Below are positions 12,456 through 24,203 of a stretch of DNA of 64,000 bases, piece after piece. The DNA is taken from NCBI GenBank assembly GCA_030770535.1, contig JASVEC010000012.1, forward strand, positions 930,001 to 994,000, read 5' to 3'. Each line of letters opens with the position of its first letter. Within the stretch, counting starts at the first letter, position 1. This DNA comes from Batkoa obscura (Eukaryota). Made by a program: the position numbers and the translations under genes. The notes under the pieces were generated by a model. That model was not told the DNA's origin, searched no databases, and saw only the letters and a program-made list of their open reading frames with translations.

Positions 12456-13665
12456 AAAATCAAAAACAATCAAGGTATCAAAAATACCAAGAAGAGTTTA
12501 TTAATAAAAATAGTTTGTCTATAAAACATTTGACAATATCTGAAAAAAATATCAATAATCTAGAAATTTGCTCAAATATAAAATCATTTAGTTATATTTA
12601 TGATGAGACTAAATATTAAACTACAGCTTGCCAGAATTAGTATCAATATTTATTAATGCAAATCAGTATTCAAGTTTATTTATCCAATTTACAGATTATT
12701 TTACTGAATTGAAAATATTTAAAACAGTAGGGAAAATTAGAACAATTAAAGTTATTGTTAGTCATTTAAATTCACAAAAGTTAATTGTATTAAAAATATA
12801 TTCTAAAGACAATATAAACTTCAATGGCTTAGATGTTATTAAGACACGATTCAAAAATTAAAAGTATTAAAAACAAAAGGAGAAGAAACGATGAGTAGTT
12901 CAATTGAAATTAGTACAAATATAAATTTTGAATTAAATTTAAATTTAAGAATTAAAGGATGATTTAATAGAAATTATAATTTTCAATGCTTTGGTAATAT
13001 GAGATAATTTAATAGTATTATAGTATATATGCTTATTATTAACAATGCAAATAGTATAAACGCAATTAAAGATACTAATATTATAGTAATAGGGAATTTT
13101 ATATCTGAAGATAGATCAACAATCAGACTTTCAACCTTAATAGTATTAAGAGAAGTTTTTTTTAATAATTTGTCAATAGAATTATTAAAATCAATCTTAA
13201 CATTATCAAATATTGAAACAATTCAACTCGGTTATTTTAATTATCGTACTATGGGATCTCTTTACAATTATACATCAATGAGATTAGATTTGAGGCCTAA
13301 TGTTGATGAATTTAGACTTTTTATACATGACCCACCAAATAATGAGAGTAATATTTATAAAGATTTTATAAATCAAATTAAAATCAAAGTCACTAAGCTT
13401 ACTTTAAGTAATTTATCATTCTTTTCACATTTGTTTTCAAATGTCGAAAAAAATGTCGAAAAGTTATAAATAAAAAGTTTTATCTTAACATCTAAAGATA
13501 AAGATATCAATTATCTACTAAAAACTCCCTTATACTTGTATACAAAGCGTGTTACATATCTAGAAGAAGATATAAGTTCATTTGTTTTTTCAGGAATCTT
13601 TCGATGAATCTGTATATGAGGTCTTTAACAGTGGCTCAATTTTAGAATGGATAAGAATACAATGA
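12456..13665 (+). pseudogene. 5'-truncated F-box/LRR-like pseudogene
   Basis: YQKYQEEFINKNS aligns to YDKYQQTFIRKNG; NFQCFGN and terminal ILEWIRIQ* conserved; F-box part replaced by the transposon end. Confidence 0.75.
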
Positions 13666-14284
13666 ATCTCTTTGAGTTTGTTTCAGCTTATCAAAATTAT
13701 TCTTTTAAAAAATATTTGAACATTTTTACCTTTGTATTTAATTTATAATTCAGAAAATTGACGCATTTAGTAGGTTTAGTTTATTTGAGATTTATAAAAA
13801 AAATAACTAATTACTTCATATAGTTTGTTGTTTGTGTTTAAATGTCTATAAACGTAAAAACATTAACAGTTATTAATAATATAATATAATATAATATAAA
13901 CTAATGGCATGAATGAATCCTATTAATAAAAACAACAGAATAAATTTAGGATCAAAATAGTAAATTATTTTGAAATTATTGTTACGTTATTCATAAATTC
14001 ATAACTAATTATAAGTGACTTTAAAAAAGCCTTCAATAACAAAGATCAAAACCACGGTAGCCAATAAACTCATTTCCTCAATTAAAAAATATGTGTGATT
14101 GATGAGCATAATAAAGAAGAAAATCAAAAAAACTCAAAATAAATCATATCAATAAGCCAAACTATGATGGGCTTATTATAAGTAATAGTTATAGATAATC
14201 TATTTACTATTTAATAGTTGAAAAGTTCGAGTTTTTATTTTGTTATTTATTTTTCGATTATTTATAATTTACAATCTCAAAACT

Positions 14285-15484
14285 ATGATATTAACTTGTT
14301 TAATTTTCTTAATAACATTAATAACTCCAATTTTAACCCATAGTAATTTGTTATCACCACAACCAAGGGGTAACAGACGCTGGTGGGGATTTTGTTCTCG
14401 AGGATTAAACTGTGCAGGTGCTTGTGAAACACCGAAAGCCAATGCACCTATCTCATCTATCTATAATAAACCAACTATTGTAAAACGAGGCCAAAATATA
14501 ACAATTAAATGGATGCGATTAAATCATCCAGGGGGGTTTATAAGATTATCTATAGCCCCCTTTGACCAATCAGATGATCCATTGGCATTTGATAAGAATG
14601 TAATTAAATATTCTTGTTTTGAATCAAATTGTAAAGAATCAAAACAAGATTCAATGTTAGGTCATTTAAATGGTCCAGGTTCAACAGAATGTTCCACTCA
14701 ATTAACGATACCAGATACTATAAAAGATGGTAAGATTAGTTTACAATGGACTTGGTTTGGTGGTGGGGTTTATTATGCTGATCAAAAGGCGGGATTCGCT
14801 AATTATGTTTCTTGTTCAGATATGATTGTTGAAGGTGGTAATAAATTCATTGCTCCATCGTTAACTAAAAGTACATTACCTCTATTTCAAGGTGGTGATG
14901 CTGCCAATTTAAATCAAAATCAATGTCGTTATTGGTCTTCTAATGATCCTTACGGTTGTGTTTTCGGAGCTGAAAAGAAAGAGAAGACATGTGGTTATAC
15001 TGGTATGTTAATGGGTGTACCTAAACAAATTTTAACAAATCAACCTTCTTTTTATCCTTTAACGAGTTTTAAAGGAGAGGATCCTAACTCAGATCCCATC
15101 CCTTCTCCTTATGATATTTCGGGTGAGGCACCAGCTCCTAATAACAATAATGATTCAAAGAACTCAACGTATTTAAATTCATATACTAATAATAGTGATC
15201 CATATCAAAAACAACCTGTTGGTTCATTTTCTAATTCTTCTAATAACACTGATGCTACAAATCAAAAACAACCTGTAACACTATCATCAAATCCCACTAA
15301 TACAACAGATACAGTAAATCAAGTATTAAAAGATCAAAATTTAGATACAAATTCATTAAATAAGGATCAAAAAAATAATTATCCTAATAGTTCTATTAAT
15401 GTTAATAATAATCCTACTTATAATTATAATAGTATGGAATCAAATGCACCTAATGCTTCTATATCGATAAACTATAATGCTTAA
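14285..15484 (+). CDS. Secreted His-brace LPMO-like protein with Asn/Ser/Pro-rich tail
   Basis: Hydrophobic signal peptide then HSNLLSPQPRG; second His in NHPGGF; LQWTWFGG and YVSCSD; many Cys. Confidence 0.7.
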   Translation: MILTCLIFLITLITPILTHSNLLSPQPRGNRRWWGFCSRGLNCAGACETPKANAPISSIYNKPTIVKRGQNITIKWMRLNHPGGFIRLSIAPFDQSDDPLAFDKNVIKYSCFESNCKESKQDSMLGHLNGPGSTECSTQLTIPDTIKDGKISLQWTWFGGGVYYADQKAGFANYVSCSDMIVEGGNKFIAPSLTKSTLPLFQGGDAANLNQNQCRYWSSNDPYGCVFGAEKKEKTCGYTGMLMGVPKQILTNQPSFYPLTSFKGEDPNSDPIPSPYDISGEAPAPNNNNDSKNSTYLNSYTNNSDPYQKQPVGSFSNSSNNTDATNQKQPVTLSSNPTNTTDTVNQVLKDQNLDTNSLNKDQKNNYPNSSINVNNNPTYNYNSMESNAPNASISINYNA

Positions 15485-15800
15485 CCATCCTCTATTCCCT
15501 CTGATACTACTTATAATTCTCATCAAATATCTACTATCCCTGATGCTAACTATAAACCTTATAACGGTTATTGTGCTCAAAGTAGGGGTTATATTTATGG
15601 TCAAAAATAAGATTTAAAAAAGTATATATTATGTATCCAATGAACTAATAATAACAATAATGTAAATAACATAATAAAACTTAGAATAAATTATTACTTG
15701 AACTCATTTTTATTTATTTTAATAATCTTGTAATTTATAGTAATAAAAACTAAAGCTAAATTTAATATTAATATTAATATAGTTTTATAATGTTTTAAAA

Positions 15801-16858
15801 TTAATTTTGATTAGGGATAAGTGGGGGTTGATTAGGAAACCTATTAAGTTCAAATCTACAAACTTTAAATCTAGGACGTCCTCTTTCTGACCAATATCGA
15901 GTTGCTTTATACAATCTATCATAACGATACCTTTTATAAAAAAATATTAAGCAATACAAAAAATGTCTATTTTTAACATAATAAACTTACCCTTCTTTAG
16001 GAGCATAAGGAGGATTTAATTTATTACCTCGAATAACACGAATTGGTTTTTCCATTTCAAATGAAATTTTTAAAGATAAATTATAACCTTCAAATACTTG
16101 ATCTTTACTTTGTGGTGCGATTCTTAAATTTTTAGGATTATTTTTAGTCTTCTTTAAATCTCTTCCACCCGATTCAGTACAAACAAATCGATCTCCTTCA
16201 TTAATATCATCTTCATAGTTCTAAGAAAAATAGGCTTTAATTGATAATGAAATTCAGTCGAGCTATTTAATTACTCCTGATAAAGCTAAACTATAATAAC
16301 CTTTGGTGGCGCTACTATGAATACCACCAACAACCGATCTAAAAGTGATCATTACTTTCATTTCCTAATAAATTATAAAATACTTACCTATGCACCCCAT
16401 TTCTACTACAATTTATTCTAAACTCTCATCCTTCGCCTATTGTAATATGCGGTATAGGACCAAACACATTACCTTTTGTCCACATTGGACATTTTAAGGG
16501 TCTAATTTCTTCTTTTTCTTTAATAGGATATTTTTATAACTTAATTCTAGTCTCCTCTTTCATTTCAGATAATTTTCTCGATTTCTTAAAGAATAACGAG
16601 TTGGTCTTTTTTCTATTGTAATACCACGTACAGAACGTGATTGGGAAGTTGGAGCTTTTTTTTAACAATGAGTTTTTTTACTTCTTCCGATTTAATACCC
16701 AAAGTATCTAATATTTTCTTATTTTCTTCAATTTGTTTCATTCTCTTTTTTTCATATTCAGAAATGGTGCTTCCATCAATATTCACTTTTTCGATTAAGA
16801 TAATGGGTTTTGTTCCCTTCGGTGTTCGAGTATATTTAGTTGGTTTACTCTTGGTCAT
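15801..16858 (-). pseudogene. SRA/YDG-domain (5mC-binding) protein pseudogene
   Basis: Spliced translation FGPIPHITIGEG*EFRINCSRNGVHR-SVVGGIH...YSLALSG-NYEDD...SGGRDL...PIRVIRG...YAPKEG-YRYDRLY; two frameshifts and internal stops; three introns retained. Confidence 0.88.
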
Positions 16859-17020
16859 CTTTTGCTATGATAAGGGATAAAGAAGTTTTTCTTCAAGAAT
16901 TTTTTTGAGTTTCTATTTTGTTCCTGTTTTTAAAAATAGGATAAGATTAAATCGAAATTTGAGATTAAATTTTGGTTCTAGTTAAGGTTCAAGGTTCGAA
17001 ACCTGATGGTGTTAAAGTTA

Positions 17021-17208
17021 ATATTAAGTTGTTTAAAATATTCCAGTACATTCTTGCATACTAAAAGGTCAATTATTGGTTGTAACACTATTAAAGGATT
17101 TATATTAATATTTTCATTTTACAGTTAAGAAAAATCCCTGTTGCAATTGAAAATTGATCATTTTTTGTGAATAAATTCATACTGGAAAATTTTTAAATAA
17201 CTTAATAC
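17021..17208. repeat. Long imperfect inverted repeat (fold-back/MITE-like)
   Basis: Left ATATTAAGTTGTTTAAAATATTCCAGTA matches the reverse complement of TACTGGAAAATTTTTAAATAACTTAATAC; pairing continues inward to about 65-70 bp per arm. Confidence 0.75.
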
Positions 17209-17741
17209 TGTTACTAGCTACTCTTAAAAAATGCCAGCTAATTATAAAATTTATATCAATACTTGTATTAAAAATATTAATAGCTGGTAATTAGGTTGTA
17301 AAAAAGCATTACTCATAAGTTAATTTTTAGCAATGAACATTAAAAACACTGATTTTTGCTTCTTAATTTTTATTGTATTTATATTTAATTTAATACCGAA
17401 GCAACATTTTAAATAAAAAAGTAATATAATATTGATTATAAATTATAAAGCTATTTTCATTAAAAAAACCATTAATATTATTTATTTATTATTTCAAATA
17501 AATTTAAAAAGCTTAAAATTAAATAAAAAAATTTAACTTAAAAGACTTATTTTAATTGTTTCATATTATTTTTATTTAATGTTTAATAGATATATAAGAT
17601 ACAATTCTATACTTATTTGGCTCTATTTTTTATTAAAACAAAAATAAAATACAAGCTTTTATAAATAAACTTCGAAATGAAATTTTTAAAAATTTTAATA
17701 TAATAAGGAAAAACATATTGTAAAAATAGAAGAATGACATA

Positions 17742-19341
17742 TAGTAAATATTTTAATGATTTAAAAAATAAAGCAGTAGCTAGGTCAATATCTTTAAATG
17801 TATATTAAGTAGTTTTTAATACACCAAGAAAAACATATTTATGTAGTATATGTGTCCAGTATACAGCTAGAGAAAAGTTATTTGAAAATCAAATACAACC
17901 ATAGAAAATAAACCAGAGATAGAAGAATCTCTTAACAAAGAAAAAAGATTATACAAATTATATAAATTTTGTATTAACACTCAAAAAAATATATTTAATG
18001 AAACTATTAAAAAATTAAATAATAAAACTTATATAATAATTTTAGACTTTAAATAAAATATGGAAATAAAGACAAGACCAAATCTAATAAATTTAGATCA
18101 TTATAATAGATAAAATAAATAAGCTATATCAATATTAAGGGTTGGTATTTTATATTTAAAAACGATAAAACAATAGGCAAAGTTTATTTTGATTATTTAT
18201 CTGAAATATTAAATCATGATTCATCATATTCAGGAGATTGTTTAATTGATTTAATATCTAAAGAGCTTTTAAAAAGTTTACAAAAATTAATATATGCGCA
18301 GATACAGGATATCATTTTGAATCTCAAGAGTTTTTATATTATATACTTGAAGAAATTTACAAAATAAATACTAGTTTAAATATTAATCTTGATTTTTTTG
18401 CTGAGCATCATGGAAAAAGTATAGTTGATGGACATTTTGGAAATCTTCTACAATGGAAAAATAGTTTTGAAGCATTAGGTAAAATAGAAGATATTGGTCA
18501 ATTAATTTCAAATTTCAGATTTTTATTTGTAAATATAATAGAATTGATAACTCAACTGTTAATAATGGGAAAACATATATAATTTTTAAAAAGTATGAAA
18601 GAAACAAAGATATAATAAGAATATTAAAAATATAAGGTATCAAAAAGTATTTACCTTTTACTAAACGTGATAATAAATTACACTGTTATCTAGTATCTGA
18701 TAAATAAACAAAAAGCGATATAATTACAATTAAAGTTATAAAGTCTACAAAAAATTAAAAGATCAGCCCCAGCTTATTTTATAAAAATAACAGAAAGTTT
18801 AAAAGCTTCAATATTTAGTAAGCAAGTAAGTAGCTTGTTAAATGATATAAATCAATTGTTAGATGTTGATATTACTTAGATTATTAATAGCTAAGTTAAT
18901 AAATAGTCAAAGGGCAAGTAACTGTAATAATAAATAAAAACTATTATTACATTGCTTGTATCATATAGGGATAGTTAATTATAGTTTTGGGGCCAACTGC
19001 TACCTCTCATGTAGCTATTTATTAGCTTAATCATATATTAATAATGTAATTATAACATTAAAACTATTTATTTGTTTAGCAAATCTGCAATGTTGGCTAT
19101 AAAACAGTCAATAATAAATATTTTTCCATGAAGTTTTATAGGAATATATATTTATTTATATATTACAACTTTGATTGATATTAATATATAGGCTACATTG
19201 TTAAAAGCCTTACTAATCCAGGGACTTGTATTAAATTTAATAGAAATTCCATTAACTTACAATATAAATTATAATAAAATAATTTAAAACTGTGTTAGGT
19301 ACTTTGCTTTTTAATAAAAAAATTATTTTTATAGAATTTTA
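17742..19341 (+). mobile_element. Sola-like transposase relic, copy 2
   Basis: Near-identical direct repeat of 10811-12455 sharing its stop codons; lacks the LTR. Confidence 0.8.
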
Positions 19342-19356
19342 GGCAAAGCCTTTAAA

Positions 19357-19463
19357 ATATAGGGGTATTCTTTTTAGCTTCATCACTTTTTTCATCTTTT
19401 AAGTGCTACTTTAGCGGAAAGGTTGTTAGTAAAATTCTTAAACACAAAAAAACAGCCCCATAT
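19357..19463 (+). mobile_element. ~105-bp MITE, copy 1
   Basis: ATAT-AGGGGTATT...ACAGCCCC-ATAT; eight copies in the window. Confidence 0.85.
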
Positions 19464-20161
19464 AATTATTTAAGTAAGAGTACTTTTAAAAAAATTAAAT
19501 TAGCCAATAAAAATGCCTAAAACTGGGCCAGCTGTTATTATAATTAGTTTTAAAGTTTGAATTAGATTTCTTAGTTTTTATTTTTATTTTTAATTTATTT
19601 TGATATTGTTTTTACTAAATTATACACTGTTATAAAAAACATACAATTTTTTGATAAAAATCTAAATCTTGAATTTAATTTTAACATTAATTTTCCCAAA
19701 TTTGATCTAATTGAAAGAAATGGAAATTGACCAATCATGTACACTACTTGGTAAGTACTTTTTATCCAGATAGTTACACCATTACTATTTAGACTCTCCC
19801 CATAAAAAAGAAAATTTAAATAATTAAAACTTATTGAATTACAAGTTCATATTGTTTTATTTTCAACTACAAACTAAACTCTATTTTTTTTTATCTATTT
19901 TATTACTGGACTCTTTGATATTTTATGTTGAAAAATTAATTATATTTTTATTTTTATAAAAATATAGAATTTGGATTTAATAACATTAATAACATATCAT
20001 ATACAAAATTAGTCTTGTCATCGATTAAAAAACACAAATCTCTATTAATATTACAAATAAAATAATAAGTAATAAAAAAACATTATAATCTAACTTGATT
20101 AAAAACTAAATTTTATAATTAAAAAAAAGAAATCTTCCTCTTCCACCCCTCTTCTCCTCAG

Positions 20162-20537
20162 TTATTTATGACTTGGTTCAAACTCTTCAAATTCTAAATC
20201 ATCATAACCAGGCTCTTCTCCTGTAGGTAAGGGTTTAAAATCAATAGTATGTTTAACTGATCGTCGATACCATAAATAACCTAATAGAGCGAATACTAAA
20301 ATAACAATAATAATGGTGAATAATGTATGTGATTGAGATGTAGTTTGTATTTGTGGTCCATTTTGTTGTTCTAAATTAATTTTTTGATCATTATGTTGTA
20401 AAGTTTCAATCACTTTAAAGTCTTTAAGGTTGATCAATTGAGTAGCTAAACTAGGTGGAGAGATTACACCTAAAAATAAATAGGAGAATTAATATTACTT
20501 TATTATTTATTATTTATTATTTATTATTTATTATTTA

Positions 20538-20569
<32 letters not shown>

Positions 20570-21611
20570 CTTACCAAAATAAACTAACATTGAATCTTGA
20601 ATTATAACAGCTTTATGACCATATATATTGGCTAATTCACTGTCTAATTTAATTTCATTCCATTTCCAATCTTGAATATTTAATTGATATAATTGATTAT
20701 AATTCTTTTTATTGTTAAAATCCCTACCACCATAAATTATTATACTGTCATTATAAACTATAATAATAATATATTATTAAAAATACTATAAATAAAATAT
20801 AAAAGTAAGCTAAAAACTTACAAACTGCACTATGTTCCGCTACTTTAACATCTGGGAATTCAGTGGTAATTTTTTCTTCCCATTTATTTTCTTTAATATC
20901 AAATACGTATACCTTATCTAATCCATAAGCTTCTTGATCGTCTCTACCACCAATCAAGATAAACTTCTCTCCAGAAATTCTTGTCATTGTTGAATAATAT
21001 CTGTTTCCAGTTAATTGACTATTCTTTTCCTCCACTTCCACTAACTTCCATTCTTTTTTATTATTTAATTTCCATACTTCTGATTCTGTCTTTTTTAACT
21101 CTTTATTCAGCACCTTCCCACCAAACAAATAAATATTATCATCCCCCATCTTAAGCATTTCATGACCAAATCTAGAACTTGGAGTTTTATCTGATACAAT
21201 TAATTCGGTCCAGTTACGATTCGTATGATTATAACTTAAAAACGGTCCTTGAACAGGTAATATTTTTTCGGTGAAATAACCACCAAAACAAACTATTTCA
21301 TCTGAGTTGGAATTCAATACTTCACATGCTAAAGAATGTACACTGCTGACATCAGATTGGATTTCACTGATTATCCAGGGTAGTTTCTTAATGGCACTGT
21401 CTTTGTTTACGTCTAAAGAGTAAACCAAACGGGAATTAACACCCTTGTTTTTATGATCGACTTGCTCACCCAAAAGAACTATTACTTGATTACCAATGAT
21501 AGAAGTACCGAAATGGGAGAGACTAAAAGGTTTTGATTCACCATGGTTTAAGATACTACCTTGAACTGTAGCAAGGAGAGGTAGTAATAATGTGCATATA
21601 TTGAATTGCAT
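20162..21611 (-). CDS. Kelch-repeat single-pass membrane protein with signal peptide
   Basis: Kelch GG motifs (IVCFGG, IYLFGG, FILIGG); C-terminal TM helix IIIVILVFALLGYLWYRR; introns ~20758-20821 and ~20470-20574. Confidence 0.85.
20499..20569. repeat. Intronic compound microsatellite (TTAT)n/(TTA)n
   Basis: Directly visible tandem units in the Kelch gene intron. Confidence 0.9.
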
Positions 21612-22021
21612 CTTATTTTAATATAAAAATTGGATTTTTTAATTGAAAATTGGTTTGAAATAAGCTTTAACTAAGGTTTTATACTTGTAACCTATCATTG
21701 AGTGTTAGATTTCAATTTTGTCATTTTAATTTATTGCTGTTCTTAGAAATATTTGAAATGGAAGTTTTTTATGAGAACATTTGATTAATTGATAATTTAT
21801 TAAAATATTATTAATAGAATTAACAATATTAAAATAAAAATATTTTATATGTTAATATATAGTATTTGTCTTGTTTAAACAATTTTGTTAATTTATTTTT
21901 TTTATAAAAAGATTAAAAAATCAAAATACTACATTATAAAATTCCTTTCTCCTATATAAAAATAATAACACATGAACATTATTTATACAAACTAACTTAA
22001 TAGCCAAATAAAAACTTAAAT

Positions 22022-22843
22022 TTATTCCACCTCTTCAAAAACATCTTCTTCATGCTCCATGCCTTCAACACTCTGTAATCTCTCCAATTCCTTCTTTTTG
22101 ACCGCTACTTCCCCCAATTCCTTTTCTTTCTCGCCTCTGTTCTGTTGTTCAATAACTTCATTCACCGTTTTGTCCACCATTTCCAAATCTGCTAATCCCA
22201 TATCTCTCTCTTTCTCCTTTTCCTTCATTGTAGCCATATATCCCATTCTATCCTCCTTTTCCTTTCCAGTTGCGCCTATAACATCTGGTAATATTTGGAA
22301 ATTGGTTGCTGTTAAACAATATTTTTCTTTTGGTAATCGGGTACCAAATTTTTCATGGATAATAGGTAATGGTTTACTATTCGTTTTATTAGCTAATTCT
22401 CGTAGAAATTCTTGATTTGGTGGACCAGAGAAAGAGTGATGGAGACGGGAGGAAATGGATTCTACAATATCCGATTTGTTGATGGTATTACGACCACAAT
22501 GCTCACTGAAAACTTGTGCATCTGAGAGGATGTCCGTGGTGTAACCTAAAAGATAAAGGATTAGTATTAATATTTATAGATTAAAAATAAAAATTTATCA
22601 ATTTTATATTATAAACAAATAAAAATACTTACGATGAGCAAATTCTTGAAGTTGATAAATAACATTAGGTTCTACATCCGTTATACCAAACGATTTTAGT
22701 ATTACCGAAATACACTGTGCGTTCCTAGGTAACGCTTTTCGTTTTAGTGAATCATAAATAGGTTGTTCATATAATTTGCGTTTCTTTCCTACCAAATCAT
22801 TGGCTTCCGTTAAATCTTGATTGTTTGGTGGTGGGGAAGACAT
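22022..22843 (-). CDS. TAF9: TFIID/SAGA subunit 9
   Basis: LPRNAQCISVILKSFGITDVEPNVIYQLQEFAHR-YTTDILSDAQVFSEH...GPPNQEFLRELANKTNSKPLP...RLPKEKYCLT; one intron. Confidence 0.93.
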
Positions 22844-23032
22844 AGTGTGATGTTGTATAAAAATAAATTTCAATAAAAATAAAATAGAAAATAGAATGAA
22901 TGATAATGAATTATTGGTTTAATGATTGAATTTAGTCGAATAATATTCAATTGATTGGCTAGAGAATTAACTTGAAATAAGAATCCAGTTTTATTTTTTT
23001 AAATAACTTTTAATTTAAATTTAAATTTATAA

Positions 23033-23955
23033 ATGGGTAATTTAGGTAGTAAAAATACAATAAAGATCGATAAAAATGATACTACATTGATTGATATGAA
23101 AGGAAAATGTAGAGAATTAAGACAGTTTAATAAAAATGTAAGTTCAATTATAATATATTAATTAATCAAATAATATATAATAATAAATACTAGTATCTTT
23201 ATTAATGTTTGTTTTAGTTAGAAAGTAAAATCAGTTTACAAAGCAAATTAATCCGTTCGGAATTAGAAAAAAAAGACAAAGTGAAAGCCATTCAATTACT
23301 AAAATATAAAAAAACTCTTGACAACATGTTAGAAAACTCTACGGCTTCATTACTTAATTTAAAAACACTGGTAAGCTCTATTATTACTTATATATCATAT
23401 TTTTATATTTGCTTAATCCCATTTTTAGATTGACAATATAGAAATGTCTCAGTTAGAAGTAAAAGTACTCCAAAGTTTAGAAGCTGGAAAAGATGCTTTA
23501 ATAAGAATACAATCTGAAATGCCAATTCATGAAGTAGAAAGGATAATGGATGATGTTAAAGATGCAATTCAATCACAAGAAGTAAGTCTATTAGCTTAAT
23601 CAACTCTCTTTTTTTAATTTAGCTTTTTTTACTAATAATTATTACTTCTTGTGTAGGAAATATCCAATTTGTTAAGTGAAAATATGGGTATTATTGATGA
23701 TGATGATTTATTATCAGAATTATCAAAATTGGAAGATCAAGTGATACAAGAAGTTAAACAAAGCTTACCAGAAGTACCAGTTAAACCAGAAACGGAAGTT
23801 AAGGTGGAATTAGGTAAGGATTCTTTATTTTTAGTCTGTAATTTCAATATTGATGATTTGATTTATTAGATTTACCTGATATTCCTAATAAGCCATTGGG
23901 GGTTAATGAGGATAAGGAAAAAATAAAGAAATTAGAAGAAGCTATGTATGCTTAA
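23033..23955 (+). CDS. VPS20: ESCRT-III Snf7-family subunit, Vps20-like
   Basis: N-terminal MGNLGSK (myristoylation-type); AIQLLKYKK, IDNIEMSQLEVKVLQSLEAGKDAL, VERIMDD, LPEVP; four introns. Confidence 0.85.
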
Positions 23956-24203
23956 CAGAGATCAAATGATAGGAATGGGCGCTCTTGGGGTTAAATTTGA
24001 GGTTATTTGTTTGCTTATTTATAAATGAATTTATATTGATATAATGATAATAAATTTATTTCTATTTTAACATTTTTTAATTTGTTTTTATTATCATCAA
24101 ATTTTTATTCTTGTAAAATTTAATTAATTCAGAAACCACTCTAATTTAAATCTCAAAATTATTCAAATTCTCTTTTTCATTTCCCAATTCCACTTCAAAA
24201 AAA

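Noticed and set aside
16990..17010. GGTTCGAAACC tRNA T-loop/B-box-like motif
   Set aside because: T-stem incomplete; no acceptor, D or anticodon stems found.
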